A DNA stretch of 32,000 nucleotides from Xanthomonas campestris pv. campestris str. ATCC 33913 (GCF_000007145.1 NC_003902.1:250325-282324); one strand, 5' to 3'; counted from the first letter of the stretch, positions 1 to 9,787 are shown. Notes: generated by a model from the sequence alone, not told the origin. Program-made: numbers and translations.

Positions 1-19
1 AATATCTTTTACCGGGGAC

Positions 20-477
20 GCCGCCTGACCGATAACGCCTCATGGGGCGAGCGCGCTCCTACCAGTGTCTTGGCGGCTCACGAGCCGACGGCGGCGATGC
101 ACTCAGCAACCTGCGCATCAACAGGGCGACCGCTTGCTATCGCACACCATGGGTGTAACGCGATGCCTGCAGAACACGTAGCACCGTAGGAGCGCGCTAG
201 CGCGCGATGAAGCTTCACCGAAGGCGCAGCCTCCCGGTAACGCTTCATCGCGCGCAAGCGCGCTCCTACCAGTGTCTTGGCGGCTCACGAGCCCACGGCG
301 GCGATGCACTCAGCAACCTGCGCATCGACAGGGCGACCGCTTGCTATCGCACACCATGGGTGTAACGCGATGCCTGCAGAACACATAGCACCGTAGGAGC
401 GCGCTCGCGCGCGATGAAGCTTTACCGAAGACGCACCTCGCCGATAACGCCCCATCGCGCGCAAGCGCGCTCCTACG
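20..477. repeat. Tandem ~207-bp repeat: two full units (51-257 and 258-464) plus partial units at each end. Each unit holds an inverted pair of REP-like palindromes (GTAGGAGCGCGCTnGCGCGCGATGAAG ... CTTCATCGCGCGCAAGCGCGCTCCTAC).
   Basis: The string GCGCGCTCCTAC recurs at 51, 258 and 465, a period of 207. The two full units differ at only a few positions. The array may continue past the left edge of the window. Confidence 0.85.
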
Positions 478-657
478 CGTGCAATGTTGACTCGCGCGCC
501 GAAGACCGAGATGCATTCAAACGGCTGGCGCGTAACGTGACTGCCGCCTGCTCACCAAGCCAGTTGAATCGGTCTGATGACGCGCGTTCTTGATCCCATG
601 CGCAGCACACAGCACACAGCACGCCGCGATAGGCGCACCGCACCAATTAAAAACGCC

Positions 658-1095
658 TCAATAATTAGGCCAAAGCCCCGGTGTCGCCAATTCGACCAGA
701 TGGTCGTCGGGATCGCGGAAATACATGCTCTGGCCACCGCCCGGCCATTGCGTGCGGCCTTCGATGGCGACATCGCACGCGTGCAAATGCGCTTCCCAGG
801 CCGCCAGCGACTCGGTGGCGATCGCCAACGCGTAATGGGTGTGCCCGTGGCCGTCGTGCGGCGGAATGGTGCCGCCTGGCAGGCGGACGGTGGTGGTCGT
901 GCTGCCTTGCAGAAACAGCAGCAACACCTGCGCAGGCGCAATCGCATAGGCAGCCATGCGTGCATCGCGGTGCATCGGCTGCAAGCCCAGCACCTGCGCG
1001 TAGAACGCACAGGCGCGGTCGAGATCAGCCACGTATACTCCGGTCTCCAGCATCCCGCGCAGGGCGGGTGCGGTGGAGGCCGGCGCCGAGGTCAT
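658..1095 (-). CDS. VOC/glyoxalase-bleomycin-resistance family protein (145 aa)
   Basis: The ORF track protein has a typical VOC fold signature (GVYVADLDRACAFYAQVLGL ... HYALAI ... MYFRDPDDHLVEL). Its start overlaps the stop of the upstream gene by 4 nt (ATGA at 1092-1095). Confidence 0.8.
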   Translation of the reverse strand: MTSAPASTAPALRGMLETGVYVADLDRACAFYAQVLGLQPMHRDARMAAYAIAPAQVLLLFLQGSTTTTVRLPGGTIPPHDGHGHTHYALAIATESLAAWEAHLHACDVAIEGRTQWPGGGQSMYFRDPDDHLVELATPGLWPNY

Positions 1096-1994
1096 GCGGC
1101 GAGCGCCTGCCGCGGATCCTGGCCAGGCTCCACATGCACGTACAGCACCGGCAAGCCGTGGGCTTCCAGCACGGCAGCCATCTGCCGCTGACGGGCGAGG
1201 TATTGCTCATAGACGCCGCGCAGGCGTTCGCAATTTTCGCGTTCGTGCGCGTAGTGGTCGCACCAGCCAGCCGGGTCGAACAGGGCAATGCGCACTTCGC
1301 CGCCGACATAGCGCAGCACCGGCTCGGGTGCCTGATCCAGCCACTCTTCAGTTTGCGGGGCGAGAAGCGCCGCTTCGATCAGCGGCCACAGCGGCGCCAG
1401 GCCCTGGTTGTCGTACTGCATCGACATCATCGCCGCCAGGTCGTGCCCGGTGAGATAACGCGCGTGCTCGATACGCGCACCGAAGCTTTCCTGTGCCAAC
1501 AACGCGGTATCGGCCTGGGCCATGCCCTGCGCCAGCAGCACTTCTTCCATGGCATCGGCCACGGTCGCCAGCGTCTGCGGATCACCGGAGAACAGGAACG
1601 GCAGCACCCGCAGGCCGCCGCCGGTGAGCTGCGCATCGGCCTGAAACGGCAGCGGAATCTCGCCGTGCGCATCGGCACCGAATGCCAGCACGCGCGGGCC
1701 TTCATCGCGGCCCGGGGCGCGTGCATGCAGTTCTTCCAGGCGGCGGTGCAGCGGCCAGCCCGGCCGCAGCACTTCGGCGGGATCGAAATGCGCCATCGCC
1801 ACGCTGAGCTCCAGCGCGCGCACTTCAGGGATCCACTGGGCCAGGTCGCGGCCGATGCGCTCGGCCAGCATGCCGGCCTGCGCAGGCGCCAGCGCCCCAC
1901 GCGTGGGGGCGGTCCCGCCCGTCAGTTCCAGCGCCAGGACACCCATGGCGGTCATGCCGTGTTCGGTCGTACTCATGATTCGCGGTTGGCCCAT
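1092..1994 (-). CDS. Conserved hypothetical protein (~295-300 aa), translationally coupled to the VOC gene
   Basis: This is a long ORF with host-like codon usage and no motif I recognise. The start is uncertain: GTG 1997, ATG 1994 or ATG 1976. Confidence 0.55.
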   Translation of the reverse strand: MGQPRIMSTTEHGMTAMGVLALELTGGTAPTRGALAPAQAGMLAERIGRDLAQWIPEVRALELSVAMAHFDPAEVLRPGWPLHRRLEELHARAPGRDEGPRVLAFGADAHGEIPLPFQADAQLTGGGLRVLPFLFSGDPQTLATVADAMEEVLLAQGMAQADTALLAQESFGARIEHARYLTGHDLAAMMSMQYDNQGLAPLWPLIEAALLAPQTEEWLDQAPEPVLRYVGGEVRIALFDPAGWCDHYAHERENCERLRGVYEQYLARQRQMAAVLEAHGLPVLYVHVEPGQDPRQALAA

Positions 1995-2079
1995 CACAGG
2001 GTCGAAGCTACACTGCGGCCATTATGCCTGCCGGCCCTGTGCAGGCCATGTCCCCGAGTCCCTCATGCAAGGTCAGCCG

Positions 2080-3360
2080 ATGCCCGCAGCCCGTCCCGTC
2101 GCCATCCTGGGCGGCGTTCGTATCCCGTTCTGTCGCCAGAACACCGCATACGCGGACGTGGGCAACCTGGGCATGTCGGTGCGCACCCTGGGCGCGCTGG
2201 TCGAACGCTTCGGGCTGCATGGCCAGCAACTGGGCGAGGTGGTGATGGGGGCGGTGATCAAGCATTCCTCCGACTGGAACCTGGCCCGCGAAGCCGCGCT
2301 GTCGTCGGGCCTGTCGCCGCTCACGCCGGGCATCACCCTGCAGCGCGCCTGTGGCACCAGCCTGGACTCGGTGATCACCATCGCCAACAAGATCGCGCTG
2401 GGGCAGATCGACTCGGGCATCGGCGGCGGCTCGGACACCACCTCCGAGGTGCCGATCGTCTACGGCAAGAAGCTGCGGGCGCGCCTGCTGGCCGCCAACC
2501 GCGCCAAGGCCACCGGCGACAAGCTCAAGGCGCTGCTGCGCGGTTTCAAGCTGGGCGAGCTCAAGCCCGAGTTCCCCGGCGTGGCCGAGCCGCGCACCGG
2601 CAAGAGCATGGGCGAACACTGCGAAGACATGGCCAAGGAATGGAACATCTCGCGTGATTCGCAGGACGAATGGGCAGTGGCTTCGCACCACAAGTTGGCC
2701 GCCGCGTATGAGCGCGGGTTTTTCGATTCGCTGATTGCCCCGTTCCGTGGCGTGTCGCGCGACAACATCCTGCGCGCCGACACCTCGCTGGAAAAGCTGG
2801 CCACGTTGCGCCCGGCGTTCGACAAGACCTCCGGCCGCGGCACGCTCACCGCCGCCAATTCCACCCCGCTCACCGATGGCGCCGCCGCGGTGCTGTTGTC
2901 CAGCGAAGCCTGGGCGCTGGCCCACGGCCACACGCCGATGGCCTACCTGCGCGATGCACAGGTCTCGGCGGTGGATTTCGTGCATGGCGAGGGCCTGCTG
3001 ATGGCGCCTACGGTTGCAGTGCCGCAGATGCTGGCGCGGCACGGGCTGACCTTGCAGGACTTCGACATCTACGAGATCCACGAAGCCTTCGCCGCGCAGG
3101 TGCTGTGCACGCTGCGCGCCTGGGAGAGCGAGGATTACTGCCGCAATCGCCTGGGACTGGACGCGCCGCTGGGCCGCATCGACCCGGACAAGATCAACCC
3201 GCTGGGCTCCTCGCTGGCCACCGGCCACCCGTTTGCCGCGACCGGCGCACGCGTCGTGGCTACCGCAGCCAAGCAGCTGGAAGAACGCGGCGGCGGACGT
3301 GCCCTGATTTCGATCTGCACCGCCGGCGGCATGGGCGTGGTGGCGATCGTGGAACGCTGA
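2080..3360 (+). CDS. Thiolase family acetyl-CoA C-acyltransferase
   Basis: Thiolase motifs are present: RACGTSLDSV (nucleophile Cys), NPLGSSLATGHPFAATGAR (His) and ISICTAGGMG (C-terminal Cys). The ORF is open from 1855, but homology starts at PAARPVAILGGVRIPF. ATG 2080 has AGG 7 nt upstream; ATG 2065 is the alternative. Confidence 0.85.
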   Translation: MPAARPVAILGGVRIPFCRQNTAYADVGNLGMSVRTLGALVERFGLHGQQLGEVVMGAVIKHSSDWNLAREAALSSGLSPLTPGITLQRACGTSLDSVITIANKIALGQIDSGIGGGSDTTSEVPIVYGKKLRARLLAANRAKATGDKLKALLRGFKLGELKPEFPGVAEPRTGKSMGEHCEDMAKEWNISRDSQDEWAVASHHKLAAAYERGFFDSLIAPFRGVSRDNILRADTSLEKLATLRPAFDKTSGRGTLTAANSTPLTDGAAAVLLSSEAWALAHGHTPMAYLRDAQVSAVDFVHGEGLLMAPTVAVPQMLARHGLTLQDFDIYEIHEAFAAQVLCTLRAWESEDYCRNRLGLDAPLGRIDPDKINPLGSSLATGHPFAATGARVVATAAKQLEERGGGRALISICTAGGMGVVAIVER

Positions 3361-3450
3361 CGCTGCTGTGCAGCGTGGGAGTGGGCATTCGGGATTGGGG
3401 ATTTCGCAAAAGCAGACGCGGACTCCTGATTTTACGAATCCCCAATGCCC
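3361..3450. repeat. Post-gene hairpin (CGCTGC-tgt-GCAGCG, 3361-3375) followed by an imperfect long inverted repeat of GGGATT/AATCCC-type motifs (3383-3406 vs 3435-3450)
   Basis: Read directly: GGGCATTCGGGATTGGGGATTTCG ... CGAATCCCCAATGCCC. It probably acts as a terminator or intergenic repeat element after the thiolase gene. Confidence 0.6.
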
Positions 3451-3483
3451 AATCTCCAATCCCAAACCTGCAAGGACGCATGG

Positions 3484-4026
3484 ATGTCGACGGACGAGTT
3501 CCGCGAGCCACCCAGCCTGTACCTGCCGCGGGCGAACGGCGATGTGTGGCGCGAGGGCGACGTGCTGGTGTGTACGGCGGGCGCCAATCTGCCGCCACGA
3601 TGCGTCAAGTGCAACGCGCCGGCCGACATGCCGCCGCGCCGCTACATCTTTCATTGGCACCATCCGGTGATCTATGCGGCGCTGCTGCTGGGCGTGCTGC
3701 CGTACGTGATCCTGGCCATCGCGCTACGCAAGCGCAGCGCGCACGTGCTCACCCTGTGCGCGCAACACGAGCGCCGCCGCGTGCGTTATGTCGCGGTGGC
3801 GATGGCATCGGTGTTGGCATTGCTGGTGTGCGGGCTCTCGATCGATAGCCAGTTCCGGTGGCTGATCGGTGCCGGCGTGATGGCGGTGATGCTGTTGATC
3901 GGCCGCCTGGGGTCGCGCGTGTTGTCGCCGACGCAGGTCGACCACGTGCAGGCACGGTATCTGGGTGCCTGCGATGCATTCCTGAGCGATCTGCCGCCAC
4001 TGCCGCAGGCAAAGCGCCAGCGTTGA
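3484..4026 (+). CDS. Hypothetical membrane protein (~180 aa) with an N-terminal CxxC segment and hydrophobic helices
   Basis: The ORF is 3445..4026, and the likely start is ATG 3484 (MSTDEF...). It contains PPRCVKCNAP followed by hydrophobic stretches (VIYAALLLGVLPYVILAIAL, VAVAMASVLALLVCGL, LIGAGVMAVMLLIG). Confidence 0.5.
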   Translation: MSTDEFREPPSLYLPRANGDVWREGDVLVCTAGANLPPRCVKCNAPADMPPRRYIFHWHHPVIYAALLLGVLPYVILAIALRKRSAHVLTLCAQHERRRVRYVAVAMASVLALLVCGLSIDSQFRWLIGAGVMAVMLLIGRLGSRVLSPTQVDHVQARYLGACDAFLSDLPPLPQAKRQR

Positions 4027-4037
4027 TGCAACGTGGC

Positions 4038-4060
4038 GCAGCCGTGGCGTGCGCGGCTGC
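4038..4060. terminator. Hairpin between two convergent genes (GCAGCCG-n9-CGGCTGC)
   Basis: A perfect 7-bp inverted repeat lies in the 55-bp gap between the 3484..4026 gene (+) and hemY (-). There is no clear U-tract. Confidence 0.3.
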
Positions 4061-4081
4061 AAGGCCGAACAATTGCATCGA

Positions 4082-5347
4082 TTACACGAGGCGATCATCC
4101 GGCGTGATCGGGCCGGATGGTGGGGTTTCATGGGCCACCACGATCGGGCCGCGGATGGATTGCTGCGGCATGATCTCCAGCACCGGTTCGCCGCGCGCGG
4201 CGCGCAGTGCGTTGGCGTAGCAGTGCTGCGCGGAGAGCAGGTCACCGGCCGCCGCAAACCCGTGGCCCAGTTCTTCCCAGGCATCGGCACCGGCGCCATT
4301 GGCCAGTGCGCGGTGCAGGAATTCTTCGGCCTGCGACCATTGTTGCTGATGGCGCGACAGGCGGGCCAGGGTGAGCAGCAGTCCGGGGCTGTCCGGATGC
4401 TGGGTCAGCCAGCGCTGGGCACTGGCACGCCGCGAATCGTATTTTTCCAGCGGCAACACGCCGTACAGGCGCACCAGCGATTCGTCCCACTGCGTATCCA
4501 GCGCCTGTTCCAGGCTGTGCACCGCAGCATCGTCCCAGTGCAGCACGGCTGCGCGTTGGGCATAGGCGCCAACGACGGCCGGGTAGGTGCGCAGCGCTTT
4601 CGGCAAGGCTTCCCAGCGTTCGGCCAGGGCGTTGGCATCGCCGGCCTGCAGCAAGGTCTGCTCGGCCAATGTGGCCTCCAGTGCACTGTAGGCCTCCGGC
4701 GCCAACACCGCCTGCTGACGCAGGGCGCCGAGTTGGCCATAGGCCTCGTCGGCGCGTCCGATCTGCGCCAGTGCATGCGTGCGTAACAGCAGGCCGCGGG
4801 CCGGCAGCGGCTGGGCGGCGGCGCTGTCGAGCGCATTGATCGCATCCACCGGGCGCTGCTGCGCCAGATGCCGCTCGCCCTGCAGCAGTGCGTGTGCGGT
4901 GGGGTCGCGCTCGGCCAGCTGCTGCGCCAGCGCCGTGGCCGAGGCCACGTCACCGCGCGCATCGGCCACGCGCACGGCGCTGGCCAAGGCAATGCCGCTG
5001 ACTTCTTCGTCCTCGCTGGCGTTGACCAGCAGGCGCTCGGCACGCTGCCACTGGCCGTGATCGGCAGCGCGCAGGCCTTCGATCAGGCGCGCACGGCCCT
5101 TCTTGCGGCGGTACTTGCCCCACACCCGGAACGGCAGGCTGATCAGCGTCCACAACAGCCAGAGCACCAGCAGCGCGATGACCAGGATCAGCACCGCCTG
5201 CGGCATGGCGGCGCGGTAATCGTTGCCGCCCACGCTGACCACCACATTGCCCAGGTCGTAGCTGTTCTGGTGCGACAGCCATTGCGCGCCCAGCACGCCC
5301 AGCGCCACGGCAACCAGCAGGATCAAGACGGTACGCAGCACTTTCAT
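4082..5347 (-). CDS. hemY: HemY-type heme biosynthesis-associated TPR membrane protein
   Basis: It has two N-terminal TM helices and then a long TPR-like Ala/Leu-rich region. It sits directly downstream of hemX and hemD, with an ATGA overlap with hemX at 5344-5347. Confidence 0.8.
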   Translation of the reverse strand: MKVLRTVLILLVAVALGVLGAQWLSHQNSYDLGNVVVSVGGNDYRAAMPQAVLILVIALLVLWLLWTLISLPFRVWGKYRRKKGRARLIEGLRAADHGQWQRAERLLVNASEDEEVSGIALASAVRVADARGDVASATALAQQLAERDPTAHALLQGERHLAQQRPVDAINALDSAAAQPLPARGLLLRTHALAQIGRADEAYGQLGALRQQAVLAPEAYSALEATLAEQTLLQAGDANALAERWEALPKALRTYPAVVGAYAQRAAVLHWDDAAVHSLEQALDTQWDESLVRLYGVLPLEKYDSRRASAQRWLTQHPDSPGLLLTLARLSRHQQQWSQAEEFLHRALANGAGADAWEELGHGFAAAGDLLSAQHCYANALRAARGEPVLEIMPQQSIRGPIVVAHETPPSGPITPDDRLV

Positions 5348-6321
5348 TGTGTGGATCTCCCTTCACGCATGGCCTGCAGTTGCAGCAGGGTGGTGCCCAG
5401 TTCCGGCAGGCGCGGACGCAGTGGCGCTTGTTGCAGTTCGCGCAGGCGCGTGCGTGCCTGGCGGCGTTGCGGCGAGTCTGGCCACAGCCGCGTGGTCCAG
5501 GTGTCCACGCGCCGTAAGGCGTGCGCGAACCCTTGCGCATCACCGCGCTCGGCTGCTGCACGCGCCAGGCTGACTTCGATCTGCAGCGCATCGCACGCGG
5601 CTGTGCGCTCGCCGCCGGTGATCAAGGCATCGCCACGGCTCGGACGGATTTCCACCAGGGGCGAGAGGGCCTTCTGCCACCAGGGCAGTGCGGCCTCGCT
5701 GTCCTGCGCGCTCTGCTCGGGCAGGCGCTGCAGGTCCGTTGCCAGGCGATCCAGCCCTTCACCAACCTGCGCCTGCGGGCCGGGACCCAGGCGATCAAGG
5801 GCGTCGCGCTCCTGCACCAGCGCCTGGCGCAGATTGAGATAGCCCGGGTCGTCGATGCCGTTGAGCGCGCCATTGGCCAGGGCGTAAGCGCGTCGTGCGC
5901 CATCGGCATCGCCGGCGATGCTCAGCCGCTGCTGGCCAAGCCGCAGCAGCAATTCCACCTCGTCCAGCCGCAGCGCCTGGGCGCCATGCCGGTTGGGATC
6001 GGCCAACTTCTGCACAGTGTCTTCGAGCAATGCGCTGCGCTGGCTCAGCCCAAGCATTTCATCGCGCAGCACGCGGTTGGTGGCGGCGGCATCCTGCAGG
6101 CGTTCGTTGGCCAGGCGCTGGTCGCGGCGCAGGGTGTCGAGCAGTTGCTGGGTCCCGTCCCAGCGTTGCTGCTGCGCCTGGGCGGCCTGGATCTGGGTGT
6201 CCTGGTAGCTCTGCCATGCGCGCCACCCGAGAAACAGCGCCACGCCCACGGCCACGATCGCCACGACGAGCAGCAGCCAGGCCAGGGGGAAACGTCGCGC
6301 AGGAGCGGGCATGTCGGTCAT
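5344..6321 (-). CDS. hemX: HemX-like membrane protein (often annotated as uroporphyrinogen-III C-methyltransferase)
   Basis: It has a single N-terminal TM helix (LAWLLLVVAIVAVGVALFLGW) followed by a Q-rich coiled-coil. The position between hemD and hemY fits. Confidence 0.75.
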   Translation of the reverse strand: MTDMPAPARRFPLAWLLLVVAIVAVGVALFLGWRAWQSYQDTQIQAAQAQQQRWDGTQQLLDTLRRDQRLANERLQDAAATNRVLRDEMLGLSQRSALLEDTVQKLADPNRHGAQALRLDEVELLLRLGQQRLSIAGDADGARRAYALANGALNGIDDPGYLNLRQALVQERDALDRLGPGPQAQVGEGLDRLATDLQRLPEQSAQDSEAALPWWQKALSPLVEIRPSRGDALITGGERTAACDALQIEVSLARAAAERGDAQGFAHALRRVDTWTTRLWPDSPQRRQARTRLRELQQAPLRPRLPELGTTLLQLQAMREGRSTQ

Positions 6322-6424
6322 TCGGGCATCCTCGGGCGGTCACGACAGGCGCAGGCGCCGCAGTCATCCGCCACAGCATGGCGTGTGGCCACAGACACCT
6401 GCAAGCTGTGCTTGAGTCCGCAGT

Positions 6425-7201
6425 TCAGCAAGGTGGCGGCGGCGTCATGATCGCAGCGGCGGCGGCCGCCAACTGCGCAGGCAGTGGGCCTTCGGAGCGA
6501 TGGACCTGCACGAAGCCCGCAGCGCGCGCAGCCTCCAGCATGCGGTCGCTGGAGGCGACCACCGGGCGGGTCTTCAATGCAGTGGCCAATGACGGCGGCA
6601 GCTGCTGCACGATCAACGTCAGCGCTTCACTGCTGCTCAAGGCCATCACGCTGCGTGGCAGCGCGCTCTCCAGCGCATGCAGCGTCGACGCACGCAGCCG
6701 GAGCGCAACACGCTGATACACATCTGCGCGCAGGATCTGCGCACCGCGCTGCTCCAGCGCCGGCGACAGCGTGCCGCGGCCGCCGGGCGCGGTGATCAGG
6801 CCCACGGCGTGTAGCGGGGCATCGAACACCGGCAGTGCCAGCAGGCCTTCGCTGTCCATGCGCGCCGGGCGCACCACCGCGTCGATCCCGCAGGCCTGCA
6901 GCGCCCGCGCCGTGCCTTCGCCCACGCTTGCCCACTGGGCCGGTCCAGGCCGCTGCAAGGGCAGCAGCCGGTGCGCCGCGTGCACGGCGGCCGGGCTGGT
7001 GAACACGACAATCGGCGCGCCCAGTGCCTGCCGCAGCGCATCGCGTGCCTGCAGCGTGTCGTTGATCTGCAGGCGCCATGGCGACACCGCCAGCAACTGG
7101 CCGCCATGCCGGGCCACCGCACGCCGCAGTGGCGCGTGCTCGCCGCTGGGACGCAGCGACAGCAGGGTCCAGGACGTGGCAGTTGTGCGCGTGTGGGTCA
7201 T
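6425..7201 (-). CDS. hemD: Uroporphyrinogen-III synthase
   Basis: The call rests on HemD-like length and on sequence and context upstream of hemX-hemY. Start is ATG 7201, or alternatively GTG 7225. Confidence 0.7.
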   Translation of the reverse strand: MTHTRTTATSWTLLSLRPSGEHAPLRRAVARHGGQLLAVSPWRLQINDTLQARDALRQALGAPIVVFTSPAAVHAAHRLLPLQRPGPAQWASVGEGTARALQACGIDAVVRPARMDSEGLLALPVFDAPLHAVGLITAPGGRGTLSPALEQRGAQILRADVYQRVALRLRASTLHALESALPRSVMALSSSEALTLIVQQLPPSLATALKTRPVVASSDRMLEAARAAGFVQVHRSEGPLPAQLAAAAAAIMTPPPPC

Positions 7202-7409
7202 CTCGGGATTATGCGAGAGCAGCACGTAGACCGGGTCGGGTCGGCTGCTGTCGATGTCGTCCTTTGCGTATGGAACCAGCGGGCCTTCCGCCGATGCAGT
7301 GCGAGTCCGCCGCGCACTCCCAAGTAAGACATCAGTCTCATTTCGTAACTACTTGCAAATACTGTGAATCACGACACGCTTTGGGGCACCAAAAACCCGG
7401 AACGGTGCC

Positions 7410-8219
7410 GTGATCAAGTCCTACTTCATCAACATGCAGCGGTGCGACGACCGATTGCGCGCCATGTCGGCCCGCTTCCAGGCGTTGGGTGTGCCCTTCG
7501 AACGCATTGCGGCGGTCGATGGACGCACCCTCACACCCGAGCAAATTGCCGACTTCGCGCGCCAGCGGCCGCTGGAAGGTTCCGGCGATGCCTTCAGCAC
7601 CGGCCCGCGTACGTGGACCGCGTCCAATATCGGCTGTTTCCTGAGCCATCAGGCAGCGTGGCGCATTGCGGCCAACTCCGACGACGCCTACACCGCGGTG
7701 TTCGAAGACGACATGCATCTGTCCGACGCGTTGCCGGCTTTATTGCGCACGACCGATTGGTTGCCTGGCGGCAGCAGCATCGTGCGGCTGGAACCCTCCT
7801 ACAACCGCATCAAGCTCGAAGGCAAGGTCACCGCCGTGGCGGGCCGCCAGTTGCGGCGGGTGCGTCCGTCGACGTACCAGCATTGCTGGCCGGTCTGCGC
7901 CGGCGCGCTGATCATCAGCCGCGATGCGGCACGGCTGCTGCTGGCTGCAGAAGCGCGCTGGCACACGATGGCCGACATCTTTATGTTTGGCTGGAACGAG
8001 TCACCGGTGGCGCAGCAATTGTCGACTTACCAGCTTTCGCCGGCGGCCTGCATCCAGGACAAGTTCTTCCACACGGCGCCCGAACAGATCGTGTTCACCA
8101 GCACCATCGATGCACCGCTGACACAGGCACAGAAGCAGCGCAGCGCGCAATGGAAGGCCAAGGCGACCGCATTGCTCCGTGTAGCGCAAGGCTATCGGAA
8201 GGTCACCTTCGTACCCTGA
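7410..8219 (+). CDS. Glycosyltransferase family 25 (LPS/LOS biosynthesis type)
   Basis: The GTG start is followed by IKSYFINMQRCDDRL ... ERIAAVDG ... GCFLSHQAAW ... VFEDD, the characteristic GT25 N-terminal pattern. Confidence 0.75.
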   Translation: MIKSYFINMQRCDDRLRAMSARFQALGVPFERIAAVDGRTLTPEQIADFARQRPLEGSGDAFSTGPRTWTASNIGCFLSHQAAWRIAANSDDAYTAVFEDDMHLSDALPALLRTTDWLPGGSSIVRLEPSYNRIKLEGKVTAVAGRQLRRVRPSTYQHCWPVCAGALIISRDAARLLLAAEARWHTMADIFMFGWNESPVAQQLSTYQLSPAACIQDKFFHTAPEQIVFTSTIDAPLTQAQKQRSAQWKAKATALLRVAQGYRKVTFVP

Positions 8220-8323
8220 GTGCGGTACTGCATGAGAGCAGTTTTACCATGCGGTACCGCATGTCATTTAGGTGCACAAGACGCTCGCAGGACATTGCGG
8301 CATGATGCCAACCCTTCGCCGTC

Positions 8324-8809
8324 TTGCAGCCTTTGCCGATGACCCTTCCGTGCACGCTCGCATCCGCCCTGCACTCGTTGCAGCAGCAGTTCGTCGCCAT
8401 GCCACCGGTGCTGTCGATGGGCATTGCCGTGGACGGGCTGCATGACGGGGCCTTGCGACTGCGCGCGCCGCTGCAGGCCAACGTCAACGACAAGGCCAAC
8501 GCCTTCGGCGGCAGTCTGGCCTCGCTGATGATACTGGCCGGGTGGGGATGGTTGACCTTGCAGCTGCAGTTGGCCGGGCACGATGCCGATGTGTACGTGG
8601 CCGACAGCCAGCTGCGCTATGTCGCACCGGTGTACGAAGAGCTGGTGGCAGACGCGGCGCCATCGGCGGCCGGCAACTGGGAGGTGTTTCTGGCCACCTT
8701 CCGCCAGCGCGGCAAGGCACGCATCGACATGCGCGCGCAGGTGGCGTTGGAGTCGGGTGCGGCGGCGGCGACGCTGAGCGGGCGGTTCGTGGCCTTTCCA
8801 AAACGGTAG
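8324..8809 (+). CDS. Hotdog-fold thioesterase, YiiD C-terminal-domain type
   Basis: NVNDKANAFGGSLASLMILAGWGWL resembles the YiiD_C thioesterase signature. The start could instead be ATG 8339. Confidence 0.55.
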   Translation: MQPLPMTLPCTLASALHSLQQQFVAMPPVLSMGIAVDGLHDGALRLRAPLQANVNDKANAFGGSLASLMILAGWGWLTLQLQLAGHDADVYVADSQLRYVAPVYEELVADAAPSAAGNWEVFLATFRQRGKARIDMRAQVALESGAAAATLSGRFVAFPKR

Positions 8810-8838
8810 GATGCGGGCCTGGTCCTTGGGGAAGGCGC

Positions 8839-9261
8839 ATGCGTGCAGTGATGGGAATGGTGGTCCTGCTGGGGTTGGCCTTGGTCAGCGGCCTGGCCAC
8901 CGCCGGCAGCCGGGCGCAGGCGCGTGCGCTGGAAACCACTCAGGCCGCCTACACGGCGGCGGTGCGCTGGAGCGATTTCGATGCCGCGCAGGGCTTCATC
9001 GAGCCGACCTATGCGCAGGCCCACCCGCTCAGCGAGCTGGAACGTTCGCGCTACGAGCAGGTGCAGATTTCCGGCTACCGCGAACTGCGCGTTGGCGAGA
9101 CCGACACCGGCGATCTGCGCCGGGAGGTCGAGCTGCGGGTGATCAACCGCAATACCCAGGCCGAGCGGCTGGTCCGCAGCATCGAGGTGTGGCACTGGGA
9201 TGCCGAGCGCAAACGCTGGTGGCTGACCACCGGCCTGCCGGACCTGTGGCAGGGCCAATAG
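8839..9261 (+). CDS. Exported hypothetical protein (140 aa)
   Basis: A signal peptide (MRAVMGMVVLLGLALVSGLATAGSRAQA) lies within the longer ORF 8542..9261. Confidence 0.55.
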   Translation: MRAVMGMVVLLGLALVSGLATAGSRAQARALETTQAAYTAAVRWSDFDAAQGFIEPTYAQAHPLSELERSRYEQVQISGYRELRVGETDTGDLRREVELRVINRNTQAERLVRSIEVWHWDAERKRWWLTTGLPDLWQGQ

Positions 9262-9310
9262 CCTTCCGCCTGTCCACCCAGCGTGGCAGTGGCCGTCGCG
9301 TACGCCAGCT

Positions 9311-9787
9311 GTGCGACAATTCCCGCCCGCTTCATCGACCGTGATCTCAGTGAATTTCGAAGAGCTGCAGGCCTTTGTGGGCCGCAACCCCATGCTGTCG
9401 CTGGCCCTGGTGGGCCTGACCATCGCCATCATCGTCACCGAGATCGCGCGCCTGTTCCGCGGCTATCGCGCGCTCAAGCCGGCCGAGCTGACCCGCCTGA
9501 TCAACAGCGAAAATGCGCTGGTGATTGATCTGTCGCCCACTGCCGATTTCGAAAAAGGCCACATCGCCGGCAGCCGCAACGTGGCGCTGGCCAAGTTCGA
9601 CCCAGCCGGCAAGTTGCTCGCCAATGCCAAGTCCTCGCCGGTGGTGGTGGTCTGCCGCAGCGGCAACGCCTCTGCCGGCGCTGCCAAGACGCTGAAGAAG
9701 GCCGGCTTCGAGCAGGTCTACTGGCTGGAGGGTGGCATTGCCGCCTGGCAGATGGCCGAGCTGCCGCTGGTCAAGGGCCGCGCCTGA
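9311..9787 (+). CDS. Membrane-anchored rhodanese-domain sulfurtransferase (YibN-like)
   Basis: It has a TM helix (LSLALVGLTIAIIVTEIA) and a rhodanese domain with the active-site loop VVVCRSGNAS. It lies upstream of secB, as yibN does in enterobacteria. GTG 9350 is an alternative start. Confidence 0.8.
   Translation: MRQFPPASSTVISVNFEELQAFVGRNPMLSLALVGLTIAIIVTEIARLFRGYRALKPAELTRLINSENALVIDLSPTADFEKGHIAGSRNVALAKFDPAGKLLANAKSSPVVVVCRSGNASAGAAKTLKKAGFEQVYWLEGGIAAWQMAELPLVKGRA

Noticed and set aside
118-516. Two small paralogous ORFs (63 and 68 aa) on the minus strand
   Set aside because: They are the 207-bp tandem repeat read in frame. They show REP-palindrome-derived sequence and no start context or coding signature.
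681-2657. A 658-aa ORF on the plus strand spanning the VOC gene, the hypothetical gene and part of the thiolase
   Set aside because: The product is Arg/Ala/Gly/Pro-rich and of low complexity, with no motifs. It is antisense or out of frame to genes with clear family signatures, which is a typical high-GC artefact.
2008-3663. A 551-aa ORF antisense to the thiolase gene
   Set aside because: The opposite strand encodes a protein with all thiolase catalytic motifs. The antisense product has only a biased composition.
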